A stretch of DNA of 64,000 nt, from assembly GCA_051362555.1 (NCBI GenBank), contig CM120642.1:21514001-21578000 (forward strand), read 5' to 3'. A program made the translations under genes and the position numbers. The notes beneath the pieces were generated by a model that worked only from the letters and a program-made list of their open reading frames with translations, was not told where the DNA came from and made no database searches. Below, piece by piece: positions 12,446-25,710 of this stretch. The stretch is from Lingula anatina (taxonomy: Eukaryota; Animalia; Brachiopoda). Within the stretch, counting starts at the first letter, position 1, and the number at the start of each line of letters is the position of its first letter.

Positions 12446-14585
12446 TAATATATGCTATACAGATAACACATTTCAAGGAAAATTGGCAGGCTTAATTGTT
12501 GTCTTCAAGCTTGCAGGACTGAAGGACTGATCAATAGTATCAATATTCAGGATGAGTCTGGAAATTGGCTTGATGGGATCATTTTTCTAGAATTTATGTG
12601 CTTTTTGATTTATTTTTCAACATATAATATATGGCATAAAGATAACACCTTTCATAGGACTGACAAATGTGACTTAGGTACAGGTTGGATTTCAAAACCA
12701 GCTTCATCAGAGTTTTTTTAAAAGTTATGGTTTTTTTTTTCAGTATGTATTATTCTTACCAGTACATATATATATATACATACGTAATATGCAGTGCAGA
12801 TACCCTATTTCATGGAAAAATATTGCCGTCTTCAAACTTTCAATACTGAAAATTTTATGACTTCGATACAACTGGCATTTTAAAACCAGTCTGATCGTAT
12901 ACCGGTACTTTTTTGTTGTTGTTAAAGGAGTTTGTGTGTGTGTGTGTGTGTATTTGTGTGTATGGAAAATTTAATTTTTTTTCATCATGGTATTTTCAAA
13001 GTATGCCTTTTAACTTCAATGGGCCTGAAGACTTTTGTAAGTCTCATTTCTAAATACCTATCATGTGCAGTACAACATTAAAATTGGTGGTGATTATAAG
13101 CATTATGTATGTAGTATTGCATCGAACTTGAAGAAAACCCTATTTTGGGCACTGCCGCAGTAATGGCAATTTAAAGTAAACCAGATACTTACAATTCTCA
13201 AACCTACAGAAAAGAATGGTAGGACTGAAATACAGCTTGTCACCATAAATGCAATAAAAGGATTGGTGACTCATTTTGGAACTTATAAAAAAGATACTGA
13301 GAATTGACGTTTGTTCTATTTTGTTTGTTGCCCCAGTTATGCTTTACAGTGTTTAGCTTTAATTACTGTTATGGTGTTTTTTAGATATCCCCCGTCCCAA
13401 TACAAAACAATACAATATAGTTTATTTCATGTCAGAAAGAATAAATGTACAAACATTAGCTGAGTAGCTATTCACCGACAGAATAAATTAAATAATGATA
13501 CAGTGTTTACTACTATTGTTTCTAACTACTTCTGTTGATTGAAATTACAACAGGAAACTAAGGCCTAGCAGCTGACATAGCATGATACATTATTATAGTG
13601 GGTAATTAATTAAGCTTACATTGAGACATCATCATTTCAGTGCAAATTGATCATTAACTGTATACGTTGCAGAGATTACACTTGCACTTATGTCCCTCCC
13701 ATTTTTTAATCATTGTTTTCACTTCATTCGGACTAACACAAGCTTTTGGGTATTTTGTGGCTTTGAGGTTAAGCATGTTTTTGAAGTGGTTGTGACTATT
13801 TCCTTGATAAGTTGAAAACAAGTTTTATTTTTTGTTGTGTCACAATAAAGACTTCTCTGACATCTATTCATAGTAAATTAAAGTATATAAATTAGGAGTG
13901 CATGCTGAGCTAGATGTAATTGGATAAAAAGTTTGTTGTTATAATATAAAGAGAAGGGGAGGTGGTGAACAATGCTAATTAACATTATAGCATCTCGGTC
14001 ATTCCAGAAGAAAGGGTACAATTCCAAAATGAGAAATGCAGAAATATGAACTTTGCAAAACTGGAAAACTTTTTACATTATTTTAATGAAGAGGTATTCA
14101 GATAGTAGCAGAAGAATTTTAACCCAAACCATTACTGTATTTTAAGAAATATCCACATGTAAACATAATACAATAATTTTTCATTATGGAGGTTAGGTAA
14201 CATCTAAATTGGGTTATATTTCAATCATTCCATAGGTCATAGGTTCCATTTTTGATTCAGTTGCCAAGATTTTGTATGAATTCAAAAATATTGTTACTAA
14301 TTTAACATTTCTCTTCAATTATAGAAAATGTGGTGCAAACACTTTGGTAATAAGTCACATGTTTTCTATAAATACAAAGCCTGAGGTATTCCAATTTAAA
14401 TATGATTTTAGAAGTCACTGGGAACAGACTTGCTTTTATATCATACTAGTTGTTTATGAACAAAGTGCTATCCATTTATTGTAATATGAACATAGATCAA
14501 TCAGCACACACATATCCAATGTTCAAATAAAAAGTGAACAATTGGTAAGGGAGGTTAGGTCAAAAGCAATGGTATTTGTTTTAAT

Positions 14586-15680
14586 TTTTATGTACAGACA
14601 CAGATGTGTCTGTACATATAGCCATCATCTGCGTCTGTCTGCGTCTGCGTCTGTCTGCACTCAGCGATAACACGATAAGTGGAATACCGTTTTACATTTT
14701 GAATTCAAATTTACAGAACTGATGAATATTCATAATATGCAGGTCAAGTTCGAAAATCAGCATGATCGGGTGACATTTAGGGAAGTTATGCTGTTTTTTC
14801 ACTTTTTTCAGCATATATGCAGCACCGATAACACGATAAGTGGAAAACCATTTTCCTTTTGGCTTGAAACTTACAGAACTGATGAATATTCATAATACGC
14901 AGGTCAAGTTCGAAAATCAGCATGATCAGGTCACTTTTAGGGAATTTATGCTGTTTTTATGTACAGACAGATGTGTCTGTACATATAGCCATCACCTGAG
15001 TCTGTCGTCGCCGTCATCGCCGTCGCCGTCGTCGCCGTGCACTTTTACAGATAACACAATAAGTGGAAAACTGTTTTTCATTTCAGCTTGAAACTTACAG
15101 AATTGATAAATATTTATAATACGCAGGTCAAGTTCGAAAATCAGCATGATCGGGTCACTTGTAGGGAAGTTATGCTGTTTTTTCACTTTTTTCAGCATAT
15201 ATGCAGCACCGATAACACGATAAGTGGAAAACCATTTTACCTTTTGGCTTGAAACTTACAGAATCTATGAATATTCATAATACGCAGGTCAAGTTCGAAA
15301 ATCAGCATGATCGGGCCATGTTTGTGGAAGTTATGCCATTTTTTCATTTTTTTCAGCATAAATGCAACACCGATAACACGATAAGCGAAAAATCGTTTTA
15401 CTTTTTGGCTTATAAGTTTCTGAAATGATGAATATTCATAATACGCAGGTCAAGTTCGAAAATCAGTCTGATCGGGCCATTTTTATGGAAGTTATGCTGT
15501 TTTTTCACTATTTCAGCATATGTGCAAAACCGATAACACATTTCAAGGAAAATCAATTGGCCAATCGTCTTGAAATTCACAGGGGTGATCAGATTTACTA
15601 AAATACAGATGAGGTTCGAAAATAAGCTTGATCGGTTCAGTTTTGGTGAAATTGTGCCTTTTTTGTATATAAGTCTTTTT
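14586..15680 (+). mobile_element. Helentron/DINE-1-like non-autonomous element (HINE) with ~161-bp internal tandem cores
   Basis: 5' hairpin TGTACAGACAC-AGAT-GTGTCTGTACA after a T-run, followed by (GCGTCT)n/(GTCGCC)n microsatellites. GATAACAC core starts fall at ~14666, 14828, 15049, 15211, 15372 and 15531, with a second head at ~14957. The architecture matches DINE-1/pearl/Tsp-type elements. Relatives lie at ~11790-12110, 18930-19600 and 24958-25250. Confidence 0.7.
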
Positions 15681-17189
15681 TCCTCGGATTTAATTCTTAG
15701 GCATGTTAACAATCTCATTTGTGAACTAATTAGTAATGTAAAGGTGTTCTTTTGACATTTTCTGCATCTTAACAATATTGTTAGTTGATTATATAAAAAT
15801 GATGGTAAACCTGTTATTGTGCATTTTGTAATAAAGTGTCAAAAATGGAAATAAACTCATATCTTTACAGTTTGTCAGATTCAATCATTCACCATGTTCA
15901 GAATCTCAGAATGGAACAAATTGGACATTTAAAATTGTTCTTTTGATATTTTTCCTATGTCAGCAACTTTCTTAGTTGATCATTTAAAAACAACAGTAAA
16001 TTGATTATTTTGATATATGTAAAAAAAGTGTTGAAAGTGGAAAGAAATTCATTTCAGTACAGTTATCTCTTGTGTACATTTTGGTATTTTGAAGTTGTGA
16101 CTCTGAACTTCCATGGCCCTGAAGACCTTTCCATATCAAATTTTCTGAATATCCATGATACTTTTATTTTATTATTAAAATTGATGGTCATTATGCTGTT
16201 AAGCATTATGTAACATTGCATCAAAATTGAAGACAACCCCATTTTAGACAATGCCTCCATAGTGACCATTAAAGGAAAACCAAGTCACTTACTCTTCTCA
16301 AACTTACAGAAATGTAGCATAGCACTAAATTATAGCTTCAGTTGGAAAACCTGTTACATCGGTTAACTTTCTTGGAAATTATATAGTTTTTTGTTACAAT
16401 AAAAATTTTCACATATGGACATTTTCAAGGTGTGACTTAGTCTTTGAACTTCCATTGGCTTGAATACCATTGCTAGTCACATCTTTTGAATAGCTATGAT
16501 ACATTTACTTTATTATTAAAAATTGATGGCCATTGTGCTGTTAAAGCAATAATAACTCTTCGTTTTGGCCAAAAAATGAATTTTCCTGGAGTAAACAACA
16601 ATTTTCCCATACTTACCAATTGTTAATGAATCCATTTTTACATTCAAAGTTAGTCCCTGGTTTTTTTCTAAAAAGTTTGGTTTTTTGTTAAAATCTCTTA
16701 AGAGATTTTAACAGAGTATAGACATCAATGGAGGTCACGTGGTCTAAAGACAAGTTCAGATATCAGAATAAAAGCTATAACTGATGTTTTTGTGGTAAAA
16801 CAGAATATATTATATTTCTATGAGTTATTCACAAGGTTTTTATTGTGAAATATAGATCTCATACAAAGAGTTATTATCCCTTTAAGCATTATGTTAAATT
16901 GCATAAAAGATGAAAAAAAAAACTTTTTTGGACATCGCTGCTGGGATGACCATTAAGGAAAAACCATTTTACTTATGATATTCTAACTTACTGAAAAGTT
17001 TCATAGGACTGAAGTGTAGCTTGTGTTGGAAATCAGTGTGATTGTTTTCTGTTTTGGAAGCAATGCAGCTCTATGGAGTGCTATATGGGGCTACTGTTTA
17101 TGGATGGTGGTAATTGTCCCTTGGGATAATCACTAGCTAAATTCAGAGCTATAAAATTACTTGCCTAATTGATTTTCAAGTGCCCATTA

Positions 17190-18102
17190 GGCCACACTTT
17201 TTTATTTTTATGGATGACATCCTGCGCGCGCACCGATTTTCGCCCGTTCTCCGAAAAAAAAAAAAAAAATATCCCCCCCCCCAGCCCCCAACGAAGTCGG
17301 TTGTCGCAAACGTCGTTATTGAATTTGCCAGGAAATGAGCTTTCTGCGCATGCGTATTATCGCCACGTGGAAATGTGGTCGCTTTGCCGTCAAATTCATC
17401 TCTAGGATTACTTTCAAATTACAAGACAATTAAAGTCATAAAGAGAACGGGTGCCGTCGTTTTGGATTGGTATGCCATTGATATTGGGCATGGAGATATC
17501 ACCTTTTTACAATTGTGGGAAAGGTTGTCGGCCGCCAGCGATGATCGCCCGAAAAATTTCAGTGACATTCTGTACAAAGCAGCACATAGGCTACCAGCGA
17601 AAAAAGGGTCGACAAGGGCGTCGAGGTATTTGGTAGGCTGAAGGTCGGACAGGCCACCTGACAGTTTGGTCGTGTGAGTAGAAGTAGACAAAATGGCATC
17701 GTCCGAAATGACCTTTAATAGTGTTCAAAATGCTTTAATATTCTGAGAATACAAATAAAGACACTGTTTGTTTGATATTTGTTTTATTGATTGCTATACC
17801 AACAAAATGCATGAAATAACCTTAATAGATTTTGTAATAAGAAGTATATCTATTCATGACTTTTTTTTACATTTCTACGAAGTATTCACAATGCTTTAAT
17901 ATTTTGAGAGCATGGATAAAGACATATTGTTAGTTTGATACGTGTTTCTGTGGTAAAATTTGTGTTTCAAGCTGTGTACTGACAGCATTCCTTTACTTAA
18001 GCAGTATTTTTTTTTTTTGGACCGTTTTTTTTTTTTTCGCCCTCTCGCACCGATTTTGGGGTACCCAGAGGATGTCATCCATAAAATTAAAAAAGTGTGG
18101 CC
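17190..18102. mobile_element. PIF/Harbinger-type non-autonomous element, TTA TSD (copy 1, 913 bp)
   Basis: TIR GGCCACACTTTTTTATTTTTATGGATGACATCCT / AGGATGTCATCCATAAAATTAAAAAAGTGTGGCC, with TTA on both sides. The empty site is seen in the paralog at ~21333-21350. Confidence 0.9.
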
Positions 18103-18606
18103 TTAAATAAGATTACATAAAACACACGTTGAGATTTCCCATTCAAGTCCTATAGGTTAAGCTCTCTTAACTGTGTCACATAATTAGGAATTGGTGATAA
18201 TTATGCAGGTAAATGTTGTTTAATATTGCAAATAAGTTTACAAAAGAAAAAAAATTTTGTAATGCTAACATTAATGCTATAGTTGAATAGCAGTGCCTTA
18301 TTATCCTCAAACACGTTGGTGTTATTCATATCATGTTAATACAGAAAAGTTTGAATAGCAGCTTTATTGGAATTTTTTTTTTGTGTGTGTTTTCTTTTTA
18401 ATTTTTTTTCTAAACACTGTCATTTTCAACTCCCATCCACCTGAAGCTCTTCAGATTTTCTGTATTTCCACATAAGCAGTTGCATAGGTTTTTATGTCTT
18501 TAAACATTATATAATATTATTTTATGCACTGTCAACATTTTTCAAATATTGGGATTTTCATTATGTGAATTTGAACTCTCATAGTCCAGAAACTGTAATC
18601 TTATTG

Positions 18607-18774
18607 CAGGGGTGGATTGAGGCCGTCTTCTGGGTCTTTCAGATGACGGTCAGATTTTAAAGTTTACATTGACTGGTATCAATTTTTTTCTGTTGGAACA
18701 CCATCAAAAGTGGAGGATGGATCAACAAAGATACTTAGGAATACTGTCAGAAAATATCTCTTGATCTGCTCCTG
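18607..18774. mobile_element. 168-bp MITE (CAGGGGTGGAT TIR), 6-bp TSD TTATTG
   Basis: TTATTG at 18601-18606 and 18775-18780. Empty sites AATCTTATTGAC occur at ~20558 and ~21759. Same family as 47170-47341 and 54505-54671. Confidence 0.85.
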
Positions 18775-18929
18775 TTATTGACCATGTTACCTGTTGTGCA
18801 TGTTTAAAAATCAGTGTTAACTGTGTTATTATAAGCATTATTTATTATTGCATCAAAATTGACAAAATGACCTATTTTGCATCTTTATTTTCTGTTTTTT
18901 GTCTGTACATTTGACAGCTTTGCTGCCTT

Positions 18930-19600
18930 GTTTTACTTTTTTCAGCATATATGCAGCACCGATAACACGATAAGTGGAAAACCATTTTACTTTTTGGCTT
19001 GAAACTTGCAGAACTGATGAATATTCATAATAGGCAGGTTAAGTTCGAAAATCAGCATGATTGGGTCATTGTTAGGGAATTGATGCTGTTTTTTCACTTT
19101 TTTCAGCATATATGCAGCACTGATAACACAATAAGTGGAAAAATGTTTTTCCTTTTGGCTTGAAACTTACAGAACTAATGAATATTCATAATACGCAGGT
19201 CAAGTTTGAAAATCAGCAAGATCGGGCAATTTTTATGGAAGTTATCCTGTTTTTTTTTTTTTTTTTTTTCCAATTTTTTCAGCACTTTTATAACACCGAT
19301 AACATGATAAGTGTAAAAATGTTTTTCCTTTTGGATTTAAATTTACATAACTGGTGAATATTTATAATACGCAGGTCAAGTTTGAAAATTGGCGTGATTG
19401 GACTTTTTTTTACAAAAGTAATGCTGTTTTTTTCCTTTATTCAGCATACATGCAACACTGATAACGCATTTTAAGGAAAACCAATCAGCCTTTTGTCTTG
19501 CAACTCACAGGAGTAATCAATCTGACCAGTATACAGATCAAGTTTGAAAATAAGCTTGATCAGTTAAGTTTTGATGAAGTTATTAGCCTTTTTGTATATA
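18930..19600 (+). mobile_element. Second array of ~161-bp HINE core repeats
   Basis: GATAACAC/GATAACAT/GATAACGC units at 18961, 19122, 19298 and 19460, similar to 14586-15680. Confidence 0.7.
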
Positions 19601-22600
19601 AGTGGTTTTTCTTCAGATTTAATTCTTAAGCATGTTAACAGTCTCATTATGGAACTAATTGGATATGTAAAAGTGTTGTTTTAACATTTTCTGCTTTTTA
19701 ACAATATTGTTAGTTGATTATATAAAAATGACGGTAAACCTATTATCGTGCATTGTGTAATAAAGTATCAAAAATGGAAAGGAACTCATCATTGCAGTTC
19801 GTCAGATTCAATCATTCACTATGTTCAGAATCTCCAAATGGAGCTAATTGGACATTATAAATTGTTCTATTGATATTTTTCCTATGTCAACAATTTTCCT
19901 AGTTGATCATTTAAAAATGACAGTAAATTGATCATTGTTTTATGTAAAAAAGGTGTTGAAAATGAAAAGAAAATCATTTCAGTACAGTTATCTCTTGTTA
20001 ACATTTTGGCATTTTGAATGTGTGACCCTAACTTCCATGTCCTTGGAGACCTTTCCATATCACATTTTCTGAATATCCATGAAACTTTTTTTTTTTTTTT
20101 ATAAAAAAAGTGATGGTTTATTGCTGTTAAGTATTATGTTATATTGCATGAAAGTTGAAGAAAAAAAAAAAAAAAAAAAAACTTGTGTAACGCTTACATT
20201 AATGCTAAAGACGAATAACAGTGCCATATTATTCTCAAACTCAATAGGGTTATTCATATCATGTTAGTAATTGTACAGCTAGATTAAAAGTTTGAATAGC
20301 AGCTTTATTGGTATTTTTTGTTGTTTTATTTTACGTTTTCTTTTAATTTTTTTTTCAAACACTAGCATCTTCAAGATGACACTTTCAACTGTCATCCACC
20401 AGAAGCGCTGTGTATTTTGTTTTTCCACATTAGCAGTTGTGTTGGTTTTTATGTCTTTAAACATTGTGTAATATTATTTTATGCACTGTCATCATTTTTC
20501 ACATATTGGGATTTTCATTATGTGAATTTGAACTCTCACATATGGTCCTGAAACTGTAATCTTATTGACCATGTTATTCTGTTGTATATATTTTTGAATT
20601 TTTTATCTTTTACCTACTGGCATTTTCAGTGTGGAACTTATAACTCCCAAGGGTATGTAACAGTTCACTTTTATTGATACTACCTGTTGTGCAATATTTG
20701 CAACTTGACTTTGCAGTTAAAGGGATAATAACTGTTCACTTTTGGCAAATAATTAATTTTTTTTCTAAAAAGTGTTGTTTTTTTTTTGTTATAATGTCTT
20801 AAGAAATAAGTATAGCCACCTATGTTGGTCACATGGTCTGATGACAAGTTCAGATATCAGAATAATAGCTATGACTGCCCTTTTTGTGGTAAAACAAAAT
20901 GTATTATATTTCTGTGAGTTGTTTACACTGTTTAAACTCAAGTGGGATGATTTCATATCATGGTTATGCAGCTAGACTGAATGGCAGCTTTAGTGGAATA
21001 TTTTTGTAATTTTTTTTATAAAAAAATTGATGGTCATTATGCTGTTAAGTATTATGTTAATTGCATGAAAGTTAAAGAAAACCCTATTTTGGACACTGCT
21101 GCCAGGATGGTGATTAAGGGAAAACCATGTTACTTATGATACTCACTGAAAAGTTTCATAAGACTGAAGTGCAGCTTGTGTTGGAAAACCAGTGTGATTG
21201 TTTTCTGTTTTGGAAGCAATGCAGTTTTATAGAGTGCTATATGGTGCAATAAATGTATATGGATAGCAGTATATTAATTCAGTATATTGATTTAGGGTAA
21301 TAAAGTAATTTGCTTAATTAATTTTCAAGTGGGCATTAAATGAGATTACATAAAACACACTTTGAGATTTCATTGTAAAGTCCCCTGGGTTCATCTCTCT
21401 TTACTGTGTCACATAATTAGGAATCGATGATTATTATGCAGGTAAATGTTAGTCATGTTAGTATATTACACAGCTAGATAAAAAGTTTGATAGCAGCTTT
21501 TTTGGAATTTTTTGTTATGTTTTATTTTACATTTTCTTTTAATTATTTTTCAAACACTAGCATCTTCAAGATATCACTTTCAACCCCCATCCACCAGAAG
21601 CACTGTGCATTTTCTGTTTTTCCACATTAGGAGTTGTGTTGGTTTTTATGTCTTTAAACATTGTGTAATTATATTATTTTATGCACTGTCATTTTTTTTT
21701 CACATATTGGGATTTTCATTATGTGAATTTGAACTCTCACATATGGTCCTGAAACTATAATCTTATTGACTGTGTTGTTCTGTTGTACATTTTGTGAAAA
21801 TTTTATCTTTCAGTGAAAGTTTCACATACTGGCATTTTCAGTATGGAACTTATAACTCCCAAGGGCATGTAACAGTTCACTTTTATTGATACTACCTGTT
21901 GTGCAATATTTGCAACTTGACTTTACTTGACTTTTTTTAAATTGAGTTTAAGCAATGAGTTTAAGAAATTTTCACTTTATCTCATTCTGGCATTTCCGAA
22001 GTTTAACTCTTATCAGCCTGAAGCCTTAGGGACTATTTCCAGACCCTATCACGCTAACTGTGGATCGATATATATCTCCAAGGGAATTCTTGCTAAATTG
22101 CAATCATTGTAACTGGCTTAGCTCTGTCTGTCACGCCTACTGAAACTGGCATGCCAGAATCCTAAAGCTGCTTAAACTGAAAGCAATTTAGTGAGAAACC
22201 CCTTGGAGTTGGATTGATCCTGTTAGATTGATCTAGGTATGGGAACTCAGTCTAATGCTTGTTACACATTTTACTTTCATCCTAATCCAATGTTATGCAG
22301 AATTAGAATTTGATGTTGGCTATGCAGTAACAGTAAGCATAATACATTAATGCATCAAAATTGACAGTATCCTATTTCCTGCGTTTTTATTTTCTGGTTT
22401 TTGTCTGTACATTTGACAGCTTTGCTGCCTTGTTTAAAGTTAAAAGTAAACTTTAGAAGCTGAATTCAGGATTTGTAGTATTACAGATATGACAAATGTC
22501 ACACGATAAGATAGCAAAATTAATTAAACATGTTTATGCAAATCAGCATATGGCAAATGGTTACAGTGGGTGTTTTGCTTACTTTTGAAGGACTACATAA

Positions 22601-23737
22601 TACATTTAGCACTGCTGGATACATTTCATTGCTTATATGTTGATTGCTGTATCTGTAGAATTCACATTCTATATTTTACCAAAATGGAGGTTAGCAATGG
22701 AGGTTAGGTAAAACTGTAGTGTAAATTGTGCAATCATTCAAACCGTTCAAAATGTCTGGTGGTATTGTAAAACATCATTTGCTCTTCCAAGAAGAGTAGG
22801 GTGGATCGATCAGGTAGTTTCTGGATAATCTTTTCAAAACTTATCCAGTTTTCATCTTTTGTTGTTGGCCACTTAAACATATTATTGGACTTGCCACATT
22901 TTTTTAAAAACTTACCATGCAAGCACAGTAAAATTGTTTGAGTCAATTTCTGTTATTTGTCCAATATAAGATGGTAAGGTGCATATAAGATGCATGTAAC
23001 TGCATGAGGATTAGCTTCACTGATTAATACACTAGTGCATGTATAAACATTGTTTCCCATTAGGTATGAAATGGCAGGTTGACAGGCATGACATGGAAGC
23101 CATCAGCACTTACATGTAGTATGCTGTAGCTGTCATTACTTGTATCAACCTGGAAGTTGAAAAAGAGTATTTATAAGATAAGAAAAAATAGAATAATAAT
23201 TTACTAAATGAATAAAATACAAATGTATAAATTTGGGACTCTTTTGCCCTGTAATAGCACCATTATTCTGAAAATGTATGCCAAAAGTTTTACCTTCATA
23301 GTGTCATTTATGACCTTCCAGATTAGATTTGGACTTTATAATTGGTACATTTCAACAACCTTTGATTATTACATTATATTTCTGCTGTTTTCTTTCAATC
23401 CAGATAAGTTACATTTGGATACCTTGTATGTATAACAATGAAGTACCTTGTATTACTTTTGACTAGGATAGTATTATATTACAGTTTGTAGATAAACAGG
23501 AATTAAGGTGAACCACTATATGTAGAATGTGTAGCATTCTAATGGGTAGATAGTGAGTTATTGCAGAGCATAGATCATGGAAACCAGTTCAGAATGTCTC
23601 AGTATTGTCTGCAGATCACCATGCTGTACTTGTCTTCCAACTATGGTATCAATGCACGTACTATTAACTTTCTAGAAAATAAAGTTTATTTAACAAGATA
23701 TATTGGTTTGTATGGTCAGTCTTCAGTTGTCCCTTGT

Positions 23738-24100
23738 CAGACATGCTGAAACTGTCGGTCCCATCGGTCATGACCGGGAAAATTTGTCTGGACCGGTAGA
23801 AAATTGGACTTGGTCGGTCCAAAGGACTGACAAGAATTTTAAGAACCGCAATTTTGAATTTACAGTCATCTTTCGACATACTTCACTAATAAAATTATAT
23901 AAAACCCAAAGTGTTTTTTCCCTTCCATTTCAAACCTTTCACATTAACAAACAAAGTAAGCTACCTTAATCGTACTGGTAGCATCTGTCTCAAAGGAATA
24001 GAGTGATTTTCAGTCCGACAAAAATCCATTCGGTCCGTCAAATTTTTCGTTACTGACAGTCCAAATGTCCAGCCATTCTGAAAAGTTTTCAGCATGTCTG
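23738..24100. mobile_element. 363-bp MITE (CAGACATGCTGAAA TIR), 6-bp TSD CCTTGT
   Basis: CAGACATGCTGAAA / TTTCAGCATGTCTG, with CCTTGT at 23732-23737 and 24101-24106. Subterminal TCGGTC repeats are present. Confidence 0.85.
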
Positions 24101-24300
24101 CCTTGTGGATAATTAATACTAGCTGCAAACTAATAACTTAGAATTTCTTAAATGCCATATAAAGTAATGTTCCAAAATTGACTTACAATAGGACTACTAG
24201 TAAATTACAGCTGCATTGGATTCTTTTTCTGGAAGTACCCACTAATGCAGTTTTTTGTTGAATTTTCATTTTTCACATATTGGCATTTTCAATGTGGGAC

Positions 24301-24660
24301 TTGGAACTCTCAGAGGCATGAAGCTGTATGGTAGTTATACTTAGAACTCTCAGAGGCATGAAGCTGTATGGTAGTTACACCTAGAACTCTCAGAGGCATG
24401 AAGCTGTATGGTAGTTACACTTAGAACTATCAGAGGCATGAAGCTGTATGGTAGTTACACTTAGAACTCTCAGAGGCATGAAGCTGTATGGTAGTTACAC
24501 CTAGAACTCTCAGAGGAATGAAGCTGTATGGTAGTTACACTTAGAACTCTCAGAGGCATGAAGCTGTATGGTAGTTACACTTAGAACTATCAGAGGCATG
24601 AAGCTGTATGGTAGTTACACTTAGAACTCTGAGAGGCATGAAGCTGTATGGTAGTTACAC
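24301..24660. repeat. 40-bp minisatellite, 9 copies
   Basis: Unit TTAGAACTCTCAGAGGCATGAAGCTGTATGGTAGTTACAC. Confidence 0.95.
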
Positions 24661-25345
24661 TCTCTCAATGTCCAAGGAGATAATTAAAAATTGGTGATGA
24701 TTATGCTGTTAATCATTATATGATATTGCAAGGAAATTGTCAACAACAACAAGGAAAGCTGTTACTTTCTAACTTACAAGAATGATTCTTACAACTGATA
24801 TACAGCTCAAATTGGAAAACCAGCTTTTCTTGTCTTGTCTGAAACTTTCATTTTTCTCATTACGGCATATTTCAGTTTGTGAACTTGCATTCTCATGGGC
24901 ATTATGCCAGCTACATATTCCTTACATCCATAACCTTTTTATGCATCATTTTCTGCTTTTTATGTACAGACACAGTTTTGTCTGTACATACAGCCGTCAC
25001 CTGCATCTGCCGTTGCTGTCATCGCTGTTGTCGCCATGGTCGCCATCGTTGCCGTGCACTTTCAGTGATAACATGATAAGTAAAAAACAGATTTACCTTT
25101 TGGCTTTAAATTTACAGAACTGATGACTATTCATAAAATGCAGGTCAGCATGATGAGGCCATTTTTTTCAAAAGTTATGCTGTTTTTTTTTTTTTTTTCA
25201 GCATACCGTATATGCAGCACTGAAAACTGTTAGGCCTTTTGTTTTGAAACTGTATATTTATCAGCTTTGCTCTGTAGTTTTAATTATTTTCTTTCAAATG
25301 ACAAATGCAAGTAAGTTTTAATTGTTTTATTTCTTTGAATTTTAG

Positions 25346-25581
25346 TGTATGGAAAAGGATGTGTTACTGGGTATATTGTCAAAAAAGGAGAAGATGGACT
25401 TCGAGAACTGATATGATACACTGTAAGATGAGCTATCCAGTAAGATTGCAGTTTCATCCAGTCACCCCATGCTACAGTGCTGTTATCTGATGTGCTTTAC
25501 AAAGTGTAGCTGCCCAAACCATCTCAGAGCTTTTACTACTGTATAGCCTGTAGAATGTGTCAAGGTCATGAGGGAGGACAG
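25346..25581 (+). pseudogene. HEATR3: HEATR3-like exon remnant (possibly two exons fused by deletion), with stops and frameshifts
   Basis: tttag|TGT ATG... reads CMEKDVLLGILSKKEKMDFEN*. A different frame from 25494 reads ALQSVAAQTISELLL. Donor CAG|gtaag at 25581. Confidence 0.5.
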
Positions 25582-25710
25582 GTAAGAAAATCATTTTGGT
25601 TACTTTACCACCTTATAATACCAAATAGAACTTTGCCTCATATTGTGTCCAATTTGGTATTTCTTGTTGTTGGAAATTTATTGAGAATTTAAACAACAGC
25701 AAGTGCTTAT

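Larger units (their letters stand above)
15540..22435. repeat. Patchwork of local direct duplications
   Basis: 15540-16220 ~ 19460-20155; 16540-17189 plus 18103-18220 ~ 20720-21450; 18250-18800 ~ 20180-20600 ~ 21470-21800; 18830-18930 ~ 22330-22435. Confidence 0.8.
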
